From assembly GCA_039208735.1 (NCBI GenBank), contig JBCCQY010000001.1, positions 124,021 through 188,020 of the forward strand: a stretch of 64,000 bases of DNA, written 5' to 3'. The translations under genes and the position numbers were made by a program. The notes under the pieces were generated by a model. It did no database searches and was not told where the DNA came from. It worked only from the letters and a program-made list of their open reading frames with translations. The stretch is from Myxococcota bacterium (GTDB lineage Bacteria; Myxococcota_A; UBA796; GCA-2862545). Of this stretch, positions 1-9,152 are shown one piece after another; the stretch's first letter is position 1; the number at the start of each line of letters is the position of its first letter.

Positions 1-699
1 CAACGCATTCGGGTGACCGGGAACACCGGCATTGACGCCCTGCGATTTGTGGCGCGGCAGATTGAGTCGGATGCGAGGGTTCGATCGAGTCTGGAAGACC
101 GATTTGCAAGGGCAGAGGGTGCGGGCCCGATGTTGCTCGTGACCTGTCATCGCAGGGAGAGCCAGGGACGGCCGCTGGCCCAGCTCGTCCAAGCGCTCAT
201 CGAGGTCTTGCGGGTGCGACGCGATGTGCACGTGATGTGGCCCGTTCACCCAAATCCCAGGGTCGCGGGACCCGTTCGCGCCCTCCTCGAGGCCGCCCCT
301 GACGTGCGCAGCCGGCTACATCTCCTCGGTCCGGTGGACTATCGGGCATTTGTCTACCTGATGCAGCGCGCGACCTGTGTGATTACTGATTCGGGAGGCA
401 TTCAGGAAGAAGCTCCTTCTTTGGGGCTACCCACCCTGGTCGTGCGCACGTCCACCGAACGCATGGAAGCGGTTCGGGCGGGAGCAGCGATTCTCGTGGG
501 TACCGAACGACCGAGCCTCGTGCGCCACGTTCTTCAACTGCTCGATGACCCCGTGCATCGTGCCGCCATGAGTGAGGTGCGCGACGTGTTTGGGGATGGG
601 CGTGCGAGCAGGCGCATCGTCGAGGCCCTGTTCACAAGCCCCGCCAAGGCTGGATGCGGGGTGGGCGCTTCCGGTAGGGTGCTCGAGACGATGGGATGA
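1..699 (+). CDS. wecB: UDP-N-acetylglucosamine 2-epimerase (non-hydrolysing), 5'-truncated by window edge
   Basis: Motifs VTGNTGIDAL, LVTCHRRES, HPNP, ITDSGGIQEEAPSLG, TERMEAV, FGDGRAS; frame open from base 1. Confidence 0.93.
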   Translation, partial: QRIRVTGNTGIDALRFVARQIESDARVRSSLEDRFARAEGAGPMLLVTCHRRESQGRPLAQLVQALIEVLRVRRDVHVMWPVHPNPRVAGPVRALLEAAPDVRSRLHLLGPVDYRAFVYLMQRATCVITDSGGIQEEAPSLGLPTLVVRTSTERMEAVRAGAAILVGTERPSLVRHVLQLLDDPVHRAAMSEVRDVFGDGRASRRIVEALFTSPAKAGCGVGASGRVLETMG

Positions 700-703
700 C
701 TTC

Positions 704-1111
704 ATGACGGGGCCAACGCAACCCGACGACGCACAGATAGCCCTCTTTCGCACGACTCGAACCTGGCTTCTTTGGTGTGGCGTTGCGGTCGGCGGCTCCA
801 GCATGATTTGCTGTTCGGGTTCCGTATTTTGGATGATTCCAAAGGCCTTCACGCTCAACTGGAGCGACGGACCAGAGATGATCATCTGGGCGGGCCTCTA
901 CGGGTGGCTGGGTCTCATGGGGTTTTTGGTTTCGGCCTTGGCGATTAGCCAGTCGCGGTCCATCGCTTTGGTGCTCGACAGCGGCCAACCCCCCGAGCAA
1001 GTCGCGTGGGCCAAGGCCTACGTACGGACCACCTGGTTCTTCATGGTCGGGGGAATGATGTTGGCATCGATCGCAGTCTTGGGCGGGATGGCCGCGATGT
1101 TGTCGCTATGA
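704..1111 (+). CDS. Small membrane protein, DUF5362-like
   Basis: ATG 704 just after wecB stop; three hydrophobic segments; stop overlaps next ATG (ATGA). Confidence 0.6.
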   Translation: MTGPTQPDDAQIALFRTTRTWLLWCGVAVGGSSMICCSGSVFWMIPKAFTLNWSDGPEMIIWAGLYGWLGLMGFLVSALAISQSRSIALVLDSGQPPEQVAWAKAYVRTTWFFMVGGMMLASIAVLGGMAAMLSL

Positions 1112-1491
1112 GAGCGCCCGAGCCGTTGCTCCGGGTTCGTCTCGCCGTGTGGGTCACGGCGGGTTCATTCGCCATTGTTGCCCTAGGGTTGTTGGCGTCC
1201 ACCCTCTTTTGGTTCGGCCTGCTCTCCAATAGTCGGATGTTGGACTTGCTTTGGGCGGTCCTGTTCTTCCTTGTCGAGACGGCGATGGCAGCCCTGGTGG
1301 CGGTCTCGATGTTCCGCCAGGGGCAAGCCTTGCAACGGCTTCAAGAAGACCCGAACCAAAACGCCGCGATGACAGAAGTGCTATCGGCGAATTTGCTGTT
1401 CTGGCGGGCCCTGACGGTCGGTGCAATCGGCCTCATTTGGCTGTTCCTGATCGGGATGCCGCCAGCGATTTCGGTATTTGGATCGGATTAG
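1108..1491 (+). CDS. Small membrane protein, DUF5362-like (tandem with previous)
   Basis: ATGA overlap; three TM segments with a hydrophilic helix ending '...LLFWRALTVG'. Confidence 0.6.
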   Translation: MRAPEPLLRVRLAVWVTAGSFAIVALGLLASTLFWFGLLSNSRMLDLLWAVLFFLVETAMAALVAVSMFRQGQALQRLQEDPNQNAAMTEVLSANLLFWRALTVGAIGLIWLFLIGMPPAISVFGSD

Positions 1492-1581
1492 TGAGGTGCT
1501 GGCAGTACCTGATTTCCAGTGCCCGTTGGAGGTCACTGTGGCGTAAGCGTGAGGTGTCCGTAGAGCGGTTCATCACAAGGA

Positions 1582-2292
1582 GTGTTCGTGCTGATCGCCA
1601 GTCTCTTGGCCACATTGGCTCATGCCACACCCCCTCATGACGAGGTTGGGATTGGGCCGGCCTTGGCTTTTGCTCCCTTTCGAGAGCAACAAGTCTCGGC
1701 TCGTCGGAACGGAGGCGGTACGGGTGGAGCGTTGCTATCGCTCGACCGGCGAGGCGTGCGTCGCTACGATCGACTCCTCGTCAGCTTCACGATGGGTCGC
1801 GACGACGGCTGGCGGTGGGGCGGTGGGGACTTGCGCTTCACCATCGCACCGGATGTGGCGGAACTGGGTCCGATGGTGCTTCGCGTCGGTGGCGAAGCCG
1901 AAGTGGGAGCCATGGTGCGGACCTGGCTCGACAACGTGGGGTGGCGCGGGCAGGCCACGCTGGGTCCCGCCATGGCTTTGGCCTGGCCCTTCCATGAAGG
2001 TGCCTCGCGCTGGACGGCGGAGCTCGTAGCCAGCACCCCGGTCTTCGGCCTTATCGGGCGACCCGGCTACGCAGCGGCGCTGCAGACGGGCTCGCTTTCC
2101 ACCCAAGACTTCTCGTTTGCCACGTTCAACCGTCATCGTGGGGGCCGACTCTTGGCGTCGCTGTTGTGGGAACGCGAGGGTCGGGCATCGGTTCGATTTC
2201 AAGCGGAACTCGGAGGACGGGTCATCACGTGGCGACATCGCCTCGCGGAAGTCAACCACGTCCTCTCCACCCTTCTGTACTGGAGGCTGTGA
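1582..2292 (+). CDS. Secreted protein, probable outer-membrane beta-barrel
   Basis: AAGGAG RBS then GTG; signal peptide ending AHA; amphipathic beta-strand pattern; aromatic C-terminus LLYWRL. Confidence 0.6.
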   Translation: MFVLIASLLATLAHATPPHDEVGIGPALAFAPFREQQVSARRNGGGTGGALLSLDRRGVRRYDRLLVSFTMGRDDGWRWGGGDLRFTIAPDVAELGPMVLRVGGEAEVGAMVRTWLDNVGWRGQATLGPAMALAWPFHEGASRWTAELVASTPVFGLIGRPGYAAALQTGSLSTQDFSFATFNRHRGGRLLASLLWEREGRASVRFQAELGGRVITWRHRLAEVNHVLSTLLYWRL

Positions 2293-3236
2293 TGTGGATG
2301 TGGCTCGCTTTGGCCTGCATTTCGGAACCTCCGCCCTCCACCGGGCCGGCGCTCATCGATGAGGTCCATGAACTCGTCGACACGCGGTATGCCTTGTTCG
2401 TCGACAAACAGGTCGATTGGGAGGCTGCGCGTCAGCCCGCGTTGGACGCCTTGAACGAAGGGGCCGACCTTCAGGATACGGTCGTGGAGATGCTCGACGT
2501 CCTGCGCGATGGGCACGTCAACCTCGCCACGCCCGGTGGCGTAAGCACGGCCTCCGCCTTTCTTGAAGAGCGCGTTCCGACGTGGGACGAGGATTTGGTT
2601 CAACGGCATGTGCTGGACTTTGATTTTGCACAGCGAGGCAGCGTGCAATGGTCGATTCCTGACCCTTCGTGGGCGTACTTACGGGTCGATGATTTTTCCA
2701 ACCTCCCTACGCGTGAGACGCTCGACCTCGCCTTCGCCGAGTTTGCCGAGGCCGACCGGCTCATCTTGGACCTTCGCGCGAACGGCGGAGGTCGTCTCGA
2801 GCAGGCCCGAACCCTGTTGGAGCGCTTTGTTGAAGGCCCATTGGTCGGCTGGCACCTCGAGTTTTCAACCGGTCCAGGGCATGAGGACCTCTCCGAGCCC
2901 GCGCCGCGCGAACTGAGCCCGGTGACGCCAGGGTTCGAAGGGCCACTGGCCGTGCTCGTCGATGGTCGAACCTACAGTGCGGCCAACGTCGTTGCGTTCG
3001 TACTTGCGGAGCGAGCCGACACGATGCTCGTCGGGGCGACCACCGGCGGAGGAGCCGGTTCGCCCACGTGGCACGAGCTCTCCAACGGATGGGAGCTTCG
3101 GTTTCCCACCATCCGGCTGACCGGTCCGGACCGCCAGCCCATGGAGGATGGGCGTGCCGTCGATGTGATGATCGCGCCGGATCCCGGTCAGCCCGAGGTG
3201 GACGTGATGATCGAGGCGGCGCTCGACGTACTTTAG
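2292..3236 (+). CDS. S41 family peptidase (IRBP/tricorn-like), lipoprotein
   Basis: LRDGHVNL, LILDLRANGGG, TYSAAN (catalytic Ser), VGATTGGGAG; lipobox LALAC; TGATG overlap with upstream gene. Confidence 0.88.
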   Translation: MWMWLALACISEPPPSTGPALIDEVHELVDTRYALFVDKQVDWEAARQPALDALNEGADLQDTVVEMLDVLRDGHVNLATPGGVSTASAFLEERVPTWDEDLVQRHVLDFDFAQRGSVQWSIPDPSWAYLRVDDFSNLPTRETLDLAFAEFAEADRLILDLRANGGGRLEQARTLLERFVEGPLVGWHLEFSTGPGHEDLSEPAPRELSPVTPGFEGPLAVLVDGRTYSAANVVAFVLAERADTMLVGATTGGGAGSPTWHELSNGWELRFPTIRLTGPDRQPMEDGRAVDVMIAPDPGQPEVDVMIEAALDVL

Positions 3237-3243
3237 CCGACGC

Positions 3244-4176
3244 TCACTTCACGAAGTCTGCGGCGTCCCGCGGAACCATCTTGTAGTTGCCAAAGCTGTA
3301 GTTCAGCGGGCCGGTGATGCTGGTGAAGGTGTCGCCGTTCGCGACCGCCTGGGCGAAGATGAGGTCGTCGACACGGGCATTGCCATCGATCTCGAACTCA
3401 CCGAAACCCAAGTTGTCGTCGGTGACGGTCACGTTCTCGACACGGATGAGCACACTTTCCCACAGCTCGGCCGTCGCGGCGTTTGCGAGGTCAGCGGTGG
3501 CCACGATGGCGGGAGCTGGCACGGTACCGGTTCCGGTCACCGTGATCGAACCGTTGGTCTTGCCGCCGAGTTCAGCGTTGATCTCGGTCAGATCGAAGAA
3601 CTCTTCGGTGGTGCCGGTGACGTTCACGATGTCGCCGCGGTTTACGGTCACCATCATCGGCCAGTTACCGCCTAAGAAGACCCAAACGCCGCTCTCCTGA
3701 CCGCCTGCCGCCTCCTGCACGAACACGCCGAATTCAGCGGTAGCGGTGACTACGACGTCCTCGACGCCAACGACGACGCCAGCGCCGACCGTTCCGTTCT
3801 GGAGGTCGAAGATGGGGGTGTCGGGCAGCTGAATCATGCCGGTGTCACCGGTGGCGGCGGTGTCGGCATCCGTATCGGCGTCGGTGTCGGCATCCGTGTC
3901 GGCGTCGGTGTCCGCATCCGTGTCCGCATCCGTGTCCGCATCCGTGTCGGTGTCGGCGTCGGTGTCGGTGTCGGTGTCGGCGTCGGTGTCCGCATCGGTG
4001 TCGGCATCCGTATCGGCGTCGGTGTCGGCATCCGCATCGGCGTCGGTGTCGGCATCCGCATCGGCGTCGGTATCTGCATCGGTGTCGGTGTCGGTGTCCG
4101 CGTCCGTGACTTCACCGGTGCAGCCCACGAAAGTGATGCCGAAGCTGAACAGGGCCAGCAGCGTGAGTTCGCGCAT
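3244..4176 (-). CDS. Lipoprotein with Asp-Thr/Ala repeat stalk and C-terminal OB-fold domain(s) (ExeM/YhcR-type OB, no nuclease domain)
   Basis: RBS GAGGAG; lipobox FVGC; (D-T/A)n; motifs FVQ...SGVWVF, GDIVNVTG..EFF.LTEI, ESVLIRVENVTV, ITGPLNYSFGNYKMVPR. Confidence 0.8.
   Translation of the reverse strand: MRELTLLALFSFGITFVGCTGEVTDADTDTDTDADTDADADADTDADADADTDADTDADTDADTDADTDTDTDADTDTDADTDADTDADTDADTDADTDADTDADTAATGDTGMIQLPDTPIFDLQNGTVGAGVVVGVEDVVVTATAEFGVFVQEAAGGQESGVWVFLGGNWPMMVTVNRGDIVNVTGTTEEFFDLTEINAELGGKTNGSITVTGTGTVPAPAIVATADLANAATAELWESVLIRVENVTVTDDNLGFGEFEIDGNARVDDLIFAQAVANGDTFTSITGPLNYSFGNYKMVPRDAADFVK
3859..4104 (-). repeat. Coding hexamer tandem repeat, ~41 Asp-Thr/Ala dipeptides
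   Basis: GAC/GAT-ACN/GCN units with synonymous variation. Confidence 0.95.
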
Positions 4177-4308
4177 CGTCGTCTCCTCATTGATGCGTAC
4201 GCGGTCGAAGGTAGTCGGCCAGGGTGACCGTGATGTGCCAATCGAACCGCTTGCGCAGCAGAGGGGAGACATGTCGATGACCACGCTATGGTAGCGGTAG
4301 AACCTTCG

Positions 4309-5322
4309 TTACTGTACCGTAGAATTTGGGTCCGGAGCGGCGAGTTCGTACCGAACCCGAACCTCGAGCGTAGGCGGAGGGGTGAAGCCAAAGAATGTGA
4401 CGGAATTCCGACGCTTGTCGTATTTCCATCCCCGGAAGGGTCCCTCGAAGTTGACCTGGTCGCCATCGAGTTCCGCAACGACCTGAACCGTTTCGGCAAT
4501 GGCCGGCCGCGTGAGGAAAAACTCGGTCGTGGATTCGAGAATGAGACGGCTGATATTCACCAAGAGCGTGCCCCAGTCGTCGTAGCAAATCTCGTAGGCA
4601 TAGCCACCAATTCGGTCGGTTAGCTCCAGGTGAGCATCGCCCGCTCGGGCTCGGCAACGCCCTTTACCCCGTGGTTGGTTCGAGAAGCCGACGATCGATG
4701 TCCAGCTGAGGGAGGTGGGGTCGGGCCGGAAGGTCCGCAAAACGTCGACGAACGTTGGGATATCGATCTGCGACTGGTCATCTTCATCGCTCACGACCAC
4801 GACATGGAGAGCGGCGTCCGGGCGGAAAAACCCTTGATTGTAGTCGTCGGCTTCGTGGGCGATGGCGGCAAAGACGGCATCGCGACCCCGTTCGACGCTC
4901 GATCCTCGCGTGCCGAGGGTCGCCATTTGGGAAAACAAGCCTGCGGCGCCTCGGGTGTTGACGTCGATCCAGCGACGTCCCGTTTTCTCCTCTCCCTGCA
5001 GTCGACCGGAATGTTCGGGATCGCTTACGTCCATCGAGATCACCCCGACGTGAAAGTCCACGCCCGATGTGAGGAGAATGTCGAGGAACGGCCCGAAGTT
5101 GTCGGCCAGGTGTTGTTGCTCCCCGCGCATGGATCGTGAATGGTCGATGACAAAAAGGACATCGATGGGTTTGGTTGTGCGCGAGGCCACAAAGTGGTCT
5201 TCGACTTCGTTTGGACCAAGGTCATCGGCAAGGATGACCGTGCCATCGGTGAGAGGCTGGAGTGCCGTCTCGCTGGCACATGCGCATGCCACAAGGCACA
5301 GATAACCAAGTAGACCTCGCAT
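4309..5322 (-). CDS. vWA-domain lipoprotein (myxobacterial/Bdellovibrio type)
   Basis: MIDAS DVLFVIDHSRSM; FFRPDAALHVVVVSDEDD; Cys-containing signal peptide. Confidence 0.82.
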   Translation of the reverse strand: MRGLLGYLCLVACACASETALQPLTDGTVILADDLGPNEVEDHFVASRTTKPIDVLFVIDHSRSMRGEQQHLADNFGPFLDILLTSGVDFHVGVISMDVSDPEHSGRLQGEEKTGRRWIDVNTRGAAGLFSQMATLGTRGSSVERGRDAVFAAIAHEADDYNQGFFRPDAALHVVVVSDEDDQSQIDIPTFVDVLRTFRPDPTSLSWTSIVGFSNQPRGKGRCRARAGDAHLELTDRIGGYAYEICYDDWGTLLVNISRLILESTTEFFLTRPAIAETVQVVAELDGDQVNFEGPFRGWKYDKRRNSVTFFGFTPPPTLEVRVRYELAAPDPNSTVQ

Positions 5323-5526
5323 TGACCCTCCGCTTCAGGCAACGCATCATCCACTGGGTCAGTGCCGTCTCCGAGGCTCCCGCTAATGCCTGTCTTGGCA
5401 AGTTGAACCGCGCGCGAATGTTTGTATCAAGTCGCAAAGGGAGGCCCGCTGGCAAGGAGGCCTTGCGGTTGCTCTGGGCTCGGTGGCATGCTCCGCGGGC
5501 GCATCCGCCCGGAGCAGAGTTTCTTC

Positions 5527-6495
5527 ATGAGAGCGAAGACCATTCAGGCGCCCAGTTCGGTCGTCATGATCCGGCCCCACCGGTTCCACCCAAACCCTGA
5601 TACGGCCGCCGACAACGCCTTTCAGCGTCAGGACCCTTCGGGCACCCGGGCCGACATCGCGACCCGGGCCTACGACGAAGTGTCTCGGATGGCGGAGCAG
5701 TTGGAGGCTGAAGGGGTACGGGTGCACCTCTTCGAAGATCGAGGGGTCGAAGACACCCCGGACGCCGTGTTCCCCAACAACTGGTTCTCCACGCATCACG
5801 GTGGCCACGTGGCGGTCTACCCCATGTACTGCGCGAGCCGACGTCGCGAGCGACGCTCGGATGTGCTCGAGATGTTGAAGTTCGAGTACCGCGTTCAGGA
5901 CATCATTGACTACTCGTGCCTCGAGCATGATGGGCTCTACCTGGAAGGCACGGGCGCGATGGTGCTGGATCACCTCGCTCGCGTGGCCTACACCGCGCGG
6001 TCCAATCGCGCCGACCCCATCGCGCTGGAACGCTTTTGCACTCACTTTCGCTTCGAGCCGATGGCCTTCGATGCCAAAGACGATCTGGGGCGACCGGTGT
6101 ACCACACCAACGTGCTCATGACGATTGCGACGGACTATGCGCTCGTGGGGGTGGGCTACATGACCGACCCGAAACGACGCGAGGAGATCGTCGAGCGCCT
6201 CGCCGAGGTGGGCCGAGTCGTGATTCCGCTCTCCAATCATCAGGTCAACGAGTTCGCAGGCAACGCCATCGAGCTGTTGGGTCGCGACGGGCGCATCCTT
6301 GCGATGTCGAGCCGAGCCGCGGCCGCCCTCCATCCCGATCAGATCGACCTCATCGAGCGCTCGGCGCGCATCGTGGCCTTGGATGTGCCGACCATCGAGC
6401 TGGCTGGGGGATCCGTGCGTTGCATGCTCGCAGGCATCCACCTGACCCGACGGTGGTCCCCCGCCGCGGAAGTACGGGGCCATCTCGAGACCTGA
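5527..6495 (+). CDS. ctlX: Citrulline utilization hydrolase (amidinotransferase/pentein family)
   Basis: QAPSSVVMIRP..F.PNP.TA.DNAFQ, PDAVFPNNWFS, LEGTG, YHTNV, GGSVRCM. Confidence 0.9.
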   Translation: MRAKTIQAPSSVVMIRPHRFHPNPDTAADNAFQRQDPSGTRADIATRAYDEVSRMAEQLEAEGVRVHLFEDRGVEDTPDAVFPNNWFSTHHGGHVAVYPMYCASRRRERRSDVLEMLKFEYRVQDIIDYSCLEHDGLYLEGTGAMVLDHLARVAYTARSNRADPIALERFCTHFRFEPMAFDAKDDLGRPVYHTNVLMTIATDYALVGVGYMTDPKRREEIVERLAEVGRVVIPLSNHQVNEFAGNAIELLGRDGRILAMSSRAAAALHPDQIDLIERSARIVALDVPTIELAGGSVRCMLAGIHLTRRWSPAAEVRGHLET

Positions 6496-6611
6496 AACCT
6501 GGCCGATGAGGGCCTTCACGAAACCTTTGCGTCGCTGTTGCCGTGGAAGAACACTTCCTTGAGTGGGGTCTCGGTAGTGCATGCTACCGTTCATCTCCTC
6601 AAGGAGACCAA

Positions 6612-8246
6612 ATGCGTTGGTACGTTGTTGGCCTGGGCTGCTTTCTGATGGCCTGCGGTCGCTCGGAACAAGCCATCGATGAGCTACAACAAAGCGGGGG
6701 CGTCTTCGGCGTTCCCAACATCGATGATGACGACGGCGATGGTCGTCGTGACTTTAATGACAGAAACGTTGCAGAAGAAAACGACCATAGCGTGATCGAC
6801 CTGCGCGGCGTTCGGGACCAGATGCGGAAGAACGACGCCCTCGAGCTGGTGCTCACGCCAGGTCGGTCCAGTGCTCTACGGGTGTGGGCCAACGGGGAGT
6901 TCCTCCTCGACGAAGAAGACGCGTCGATTCGGTTCATCAAGGACGACGTTCCCGATGAGATCGAGGTGGAGTTCGGGGGCTTCTTGAGCCAGGGTACCCT
7001 CGATGTCATTCACCTCAAGAGTTTTAAGGCAGATGTGGAGGGCGGAGGGGTCTTTGCTCGGGCCACCCTCGACCTGTTGGCGTCACCCCTCATCTTGAAC
7101 CATCACCTCCAACCCGTCGAATCCTCGTACGTGGTGTCGGGCTTTGAGAACGGGGGCGACGACCTCTACAGCTTCGACAACCTGTCGATGATCGATGCCA
7201 TGGACGACTCGCTCGGCATGGCGATCGCCATTGAGAGCGTCGCGGAGTACGGCTTCGACGTCTGGGTGCAGGATGAGTTTGAGACGGCGACCGTCACCGG
7301 ACCGGGCAGCCGCATCGATGTCGTGATCGACTCGATTCGCGACCGCGGGCTTGACGATTACCCAGAGGAAGTCGTGGCCGGCGGGCGACCCGATACGGTT
7401 GTGCGCACATGGGGTACGGGCGCACTTCCCACGAGCCAGGACGCATTTGGCAACCTTGAAGTTTCTCCGCCGGTCACCGTCGATGGTGTGGAGTACCCGT
7501 TCGGCCGCATCTACTGGGGTGAGTTCCGAGGGGTTGGTATCGTAGATCAGCTTGCTGATCTGCTCGAAGATCAGCGGATCCAGGATCCGTTTACGCTCGA
7601 CGTTTCGTTTTTGGCTGTGGGTCACGTCGACGAGTTCACGACGTTCCTGCCCGACTCGACGTCCGAGAAGGGTTTTCGGCTGTTTGTGACGGATACCAAT
7701 GTCGGGTTTGCGTTTCTTGATGCCCTTCCCGCATCGACGCCGATCGACCCCCGCTACGACACCTCGCATGGGCACCCTACCCTGGTGGATTTGCGTGAAG
7801 ATGCGACGCTGCGGGCGATCAACGAAGACTACCAGCGGGACTACATCGATCCTGCGATCGACGTGATGAAGCGTGAGTTGGGCCTCACCGATGCGGACAT
7901 CGTTCGGGTGCCTGGGATCTTTGAGGAGACCCAGTACGGACCGGTGGCTGCGGCTCTCATTCCGGGCACGGTGAACCTCCTGCTGCACACGCAGGCCGAC
8001 GGACGGGCCACGGCCTTCCTGGCAGACCCGTTCATGCGGGCGGAAGGCGCTCCGCAAAGCGAAGACCCGTTGATTGCCGAGTTTAACGAACTCTTGCCCG
8101 CCGAAATCGATCCCATCTGGGTCGACAACTGGGACGTGTACCACGTCGCGCTCGGTGAGGTGCATTGCGGCACGAACACCACGCGTACCCCGACCGCCAA
8201 TTGGTGGGAGGATGCACTCCACCTCCTGACCGATGGAGATCTGTGA
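6612..8246 (+). CDS. Protein-arginine deiminase (PAD family), predicted lipoprotein
   Basis: AAGGAG RBS; lipobox LMAC; PAD motifs WVQDEFE, DSIRDRGL, FGNLEVSPPVTVDG.EYPFGRI, LAVGHVDEF, GEVHCGTN; acidic NIDDDDGDG segment. Confidence 0.92.
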   Translation: MRWYVVGLGCFLMACGRSEQAIDELQQSGGVFGVPNIDDDDGDGRRDFNDRNVAEENDHSVIDLRGVRDQMRKNDALELVLTPGRSSALRVWANGEFLLDEEDASIRFIKDDVPDEIEVEFGGFLSQGTLDVIHLKSFKADVEGGGVFARATLDLLASPLILNHHLQPVESSYVVSGFENGGDDLYSFDNLSMIDAMDDSLGMAIAIESVAEYGFDVWVQDEFETATVTGPGSRIDVVIDSIRDRGLDDYPEEVVAGGRPDTVVRTWGTGALPTSQDAFGNLEVSPPVTVDGVEYPFGRIYWGEFRGVGIVDQLADLLEDQRIQDPFTLDVSFLAVGHVDEFTTFLPDSTSEKGFRLFVTDTNVGFAFLDALPASTPIDPRYDTSHGHPTLVDLREDATLRAINEDYQRDYIDPAIDVMKRELGLTDADIVRVPGIFEETQYGPVAAALIPGTVNLLLHTQADGRATAFLADPFMRAEGAPQSEDPLIAEFNELLPAEIDPIWVDNWDVYHVALGEVHCGTNTTRTPTANWWEDALHLLTDGDL

Positions 8247-9115
8247 TGGTGACCCTCTTCTTGGCGGGCCTCGCGATGGCCGGCTCGCCCACGTCGAATA
8301 CGCTTGAAGCCCTGTCGGTCGCACCGGCGGGCGAGTGGTCGACCGCGCGGGCAGAGGCGCTGGCCTCGGTCGAGGTGAGCGAACTCTCCGGGCTCGCGAA
8401 GGATTCGAACTGGCAGATCGGGCTGACGGCCCAGGCCCTCCAAGCCTGGAGAACCGACGAGACGACGGCGACGGCGACGTGGTCGCAGGTTCCTGCGGTG
8501 CGTCGCGATGGCACGCAGGTGTTCACAGGTCGCGGGGTGCCGGCGGTGATCGGCGAACGTCTCCAGCATGGGGGCGAGACCGTGGTGACCCGTCGTGCGC
8601 TCGTCGACTGGCTGCGCCGGTCCACTGCGAGCTGGCCCAGCTGGGCGGACTCGGCCTACGCGGCCGAGGAGGACGCCGGGGTTCGGGCGGCTTGGGTCGA
8701 TGCGGCGCGCTTCCTGAAGTCGCCCGGCGATGCGGGGGCCGATGGTCGCCAGGTCGTCGCTCTGGCGTTCGATGACGCCGACGCGGATGTGCGGGCCCAA
8801 GCGGCGCGCATCGCGTCCTACCTCGAGGCGGCGTCCCTCGTGTCGAAGCTCAAGGCTGCGACTGCAGATTCGTCGGACGAGGTGGCCGGTCTCGCCGCCC
8901 GCTCTTTGGGCATCCTTCGTGTCAAGGATGCGTACGAAGAAGTTGCTCAGGTGTTGGACCGTACCGATCCGCGCGCCCGTCTGTGGACCATCCGAGCCCT
9001 CGAGCGTCTCGACCGGGACCGGGCCGCGCAGGATGCACGCATCGCAGCGTTGCAGAGCGACGCTGACCTTCGGGTTGCCCGCGCCGCGACGGGCCTCACG
9101 GCGGCCAAGGAGTAA
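8246..9115 (+). CDS. Secreted HEAT-repeat protein
   Basis: TGATG overlap with PAD; signal peptide ending AMA; HEAT-like units D.DADVRAQAA, DSSDEVAGLAARSLG, DPRARLWTIRAL, DADLRVARAA. Confidence 0.75.
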   Translation: MVTLFLAGLAMAGSPTSNTLEALSVAPAGEWSTARAEALASVEVSELSGLAKDSNWQIGLTAQALQAWRTDETTATATWSQVPAVRRDGTQVFTGRGVPAVIGERLQHGGETVVTRRALVDWLRRSTASWPSWADSAYAAEEDAGVRAAWVDAARFLKSPGDAGADGRQVVALAFDDADADVRAQAARIASYLEAASLVSKLKAATADSSDEVAGLAARSLGILRVKDAYEEVAQVLDRTDPRARLWTIRALERLDRDRAAQDARIAALQSDADLRVARAATGLTAAKE

Positions 9116-9152
9116 GCCGGCTCCCGAGCGGGCCCGATGCTACGCTCGTGGG

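Noticed and set aside
3859..4104. Tandem repeat as CRISPR array or non-coding satellite
   Set aside because: Hexamer units without spacers, in frame within a lipoprotein, varying at synonymous positions; no cas genes
3834..4499. PT-repeat and SVSA-repeat ORFs in other frames
   Set aside because: Shadow translations of the DTD repeat; only the DTD frame has an RBS, lipobox and downstream domain
5390..5500. Sigma-54 promoter upstream of ctlX
   Set aside because: TGGCA elements are present, but none has GC at the required GG-N10-GC spacing
6500..6530. Hammerhead-like or guanidine riboswitch motif in the ctlX-PAD spacer
   Set aside because: Core reads CCGATGA rather than CTGATGA, with no supporting stems and no paired ACGR-loop hairpins
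5383..6594. 403-aa antisense ORF over ctlX (also 7083-8324, 9624-11168, 16319-17809, 17944-19248, 25851-27398, 31015-33090)
   Set aside because: Typical high-GC shadow ORFs overlapping motif-supported genes, with no recognisable domains
8730..9152. 141-aa N-terminal extension of the APC permease (similar extensions at 28303, 29301, 30593, 53803, 49741)
   Set aside because: Extensions overlap upstream genes or operators and are not protein-like; internal starts have RBS or stop-start overlaps
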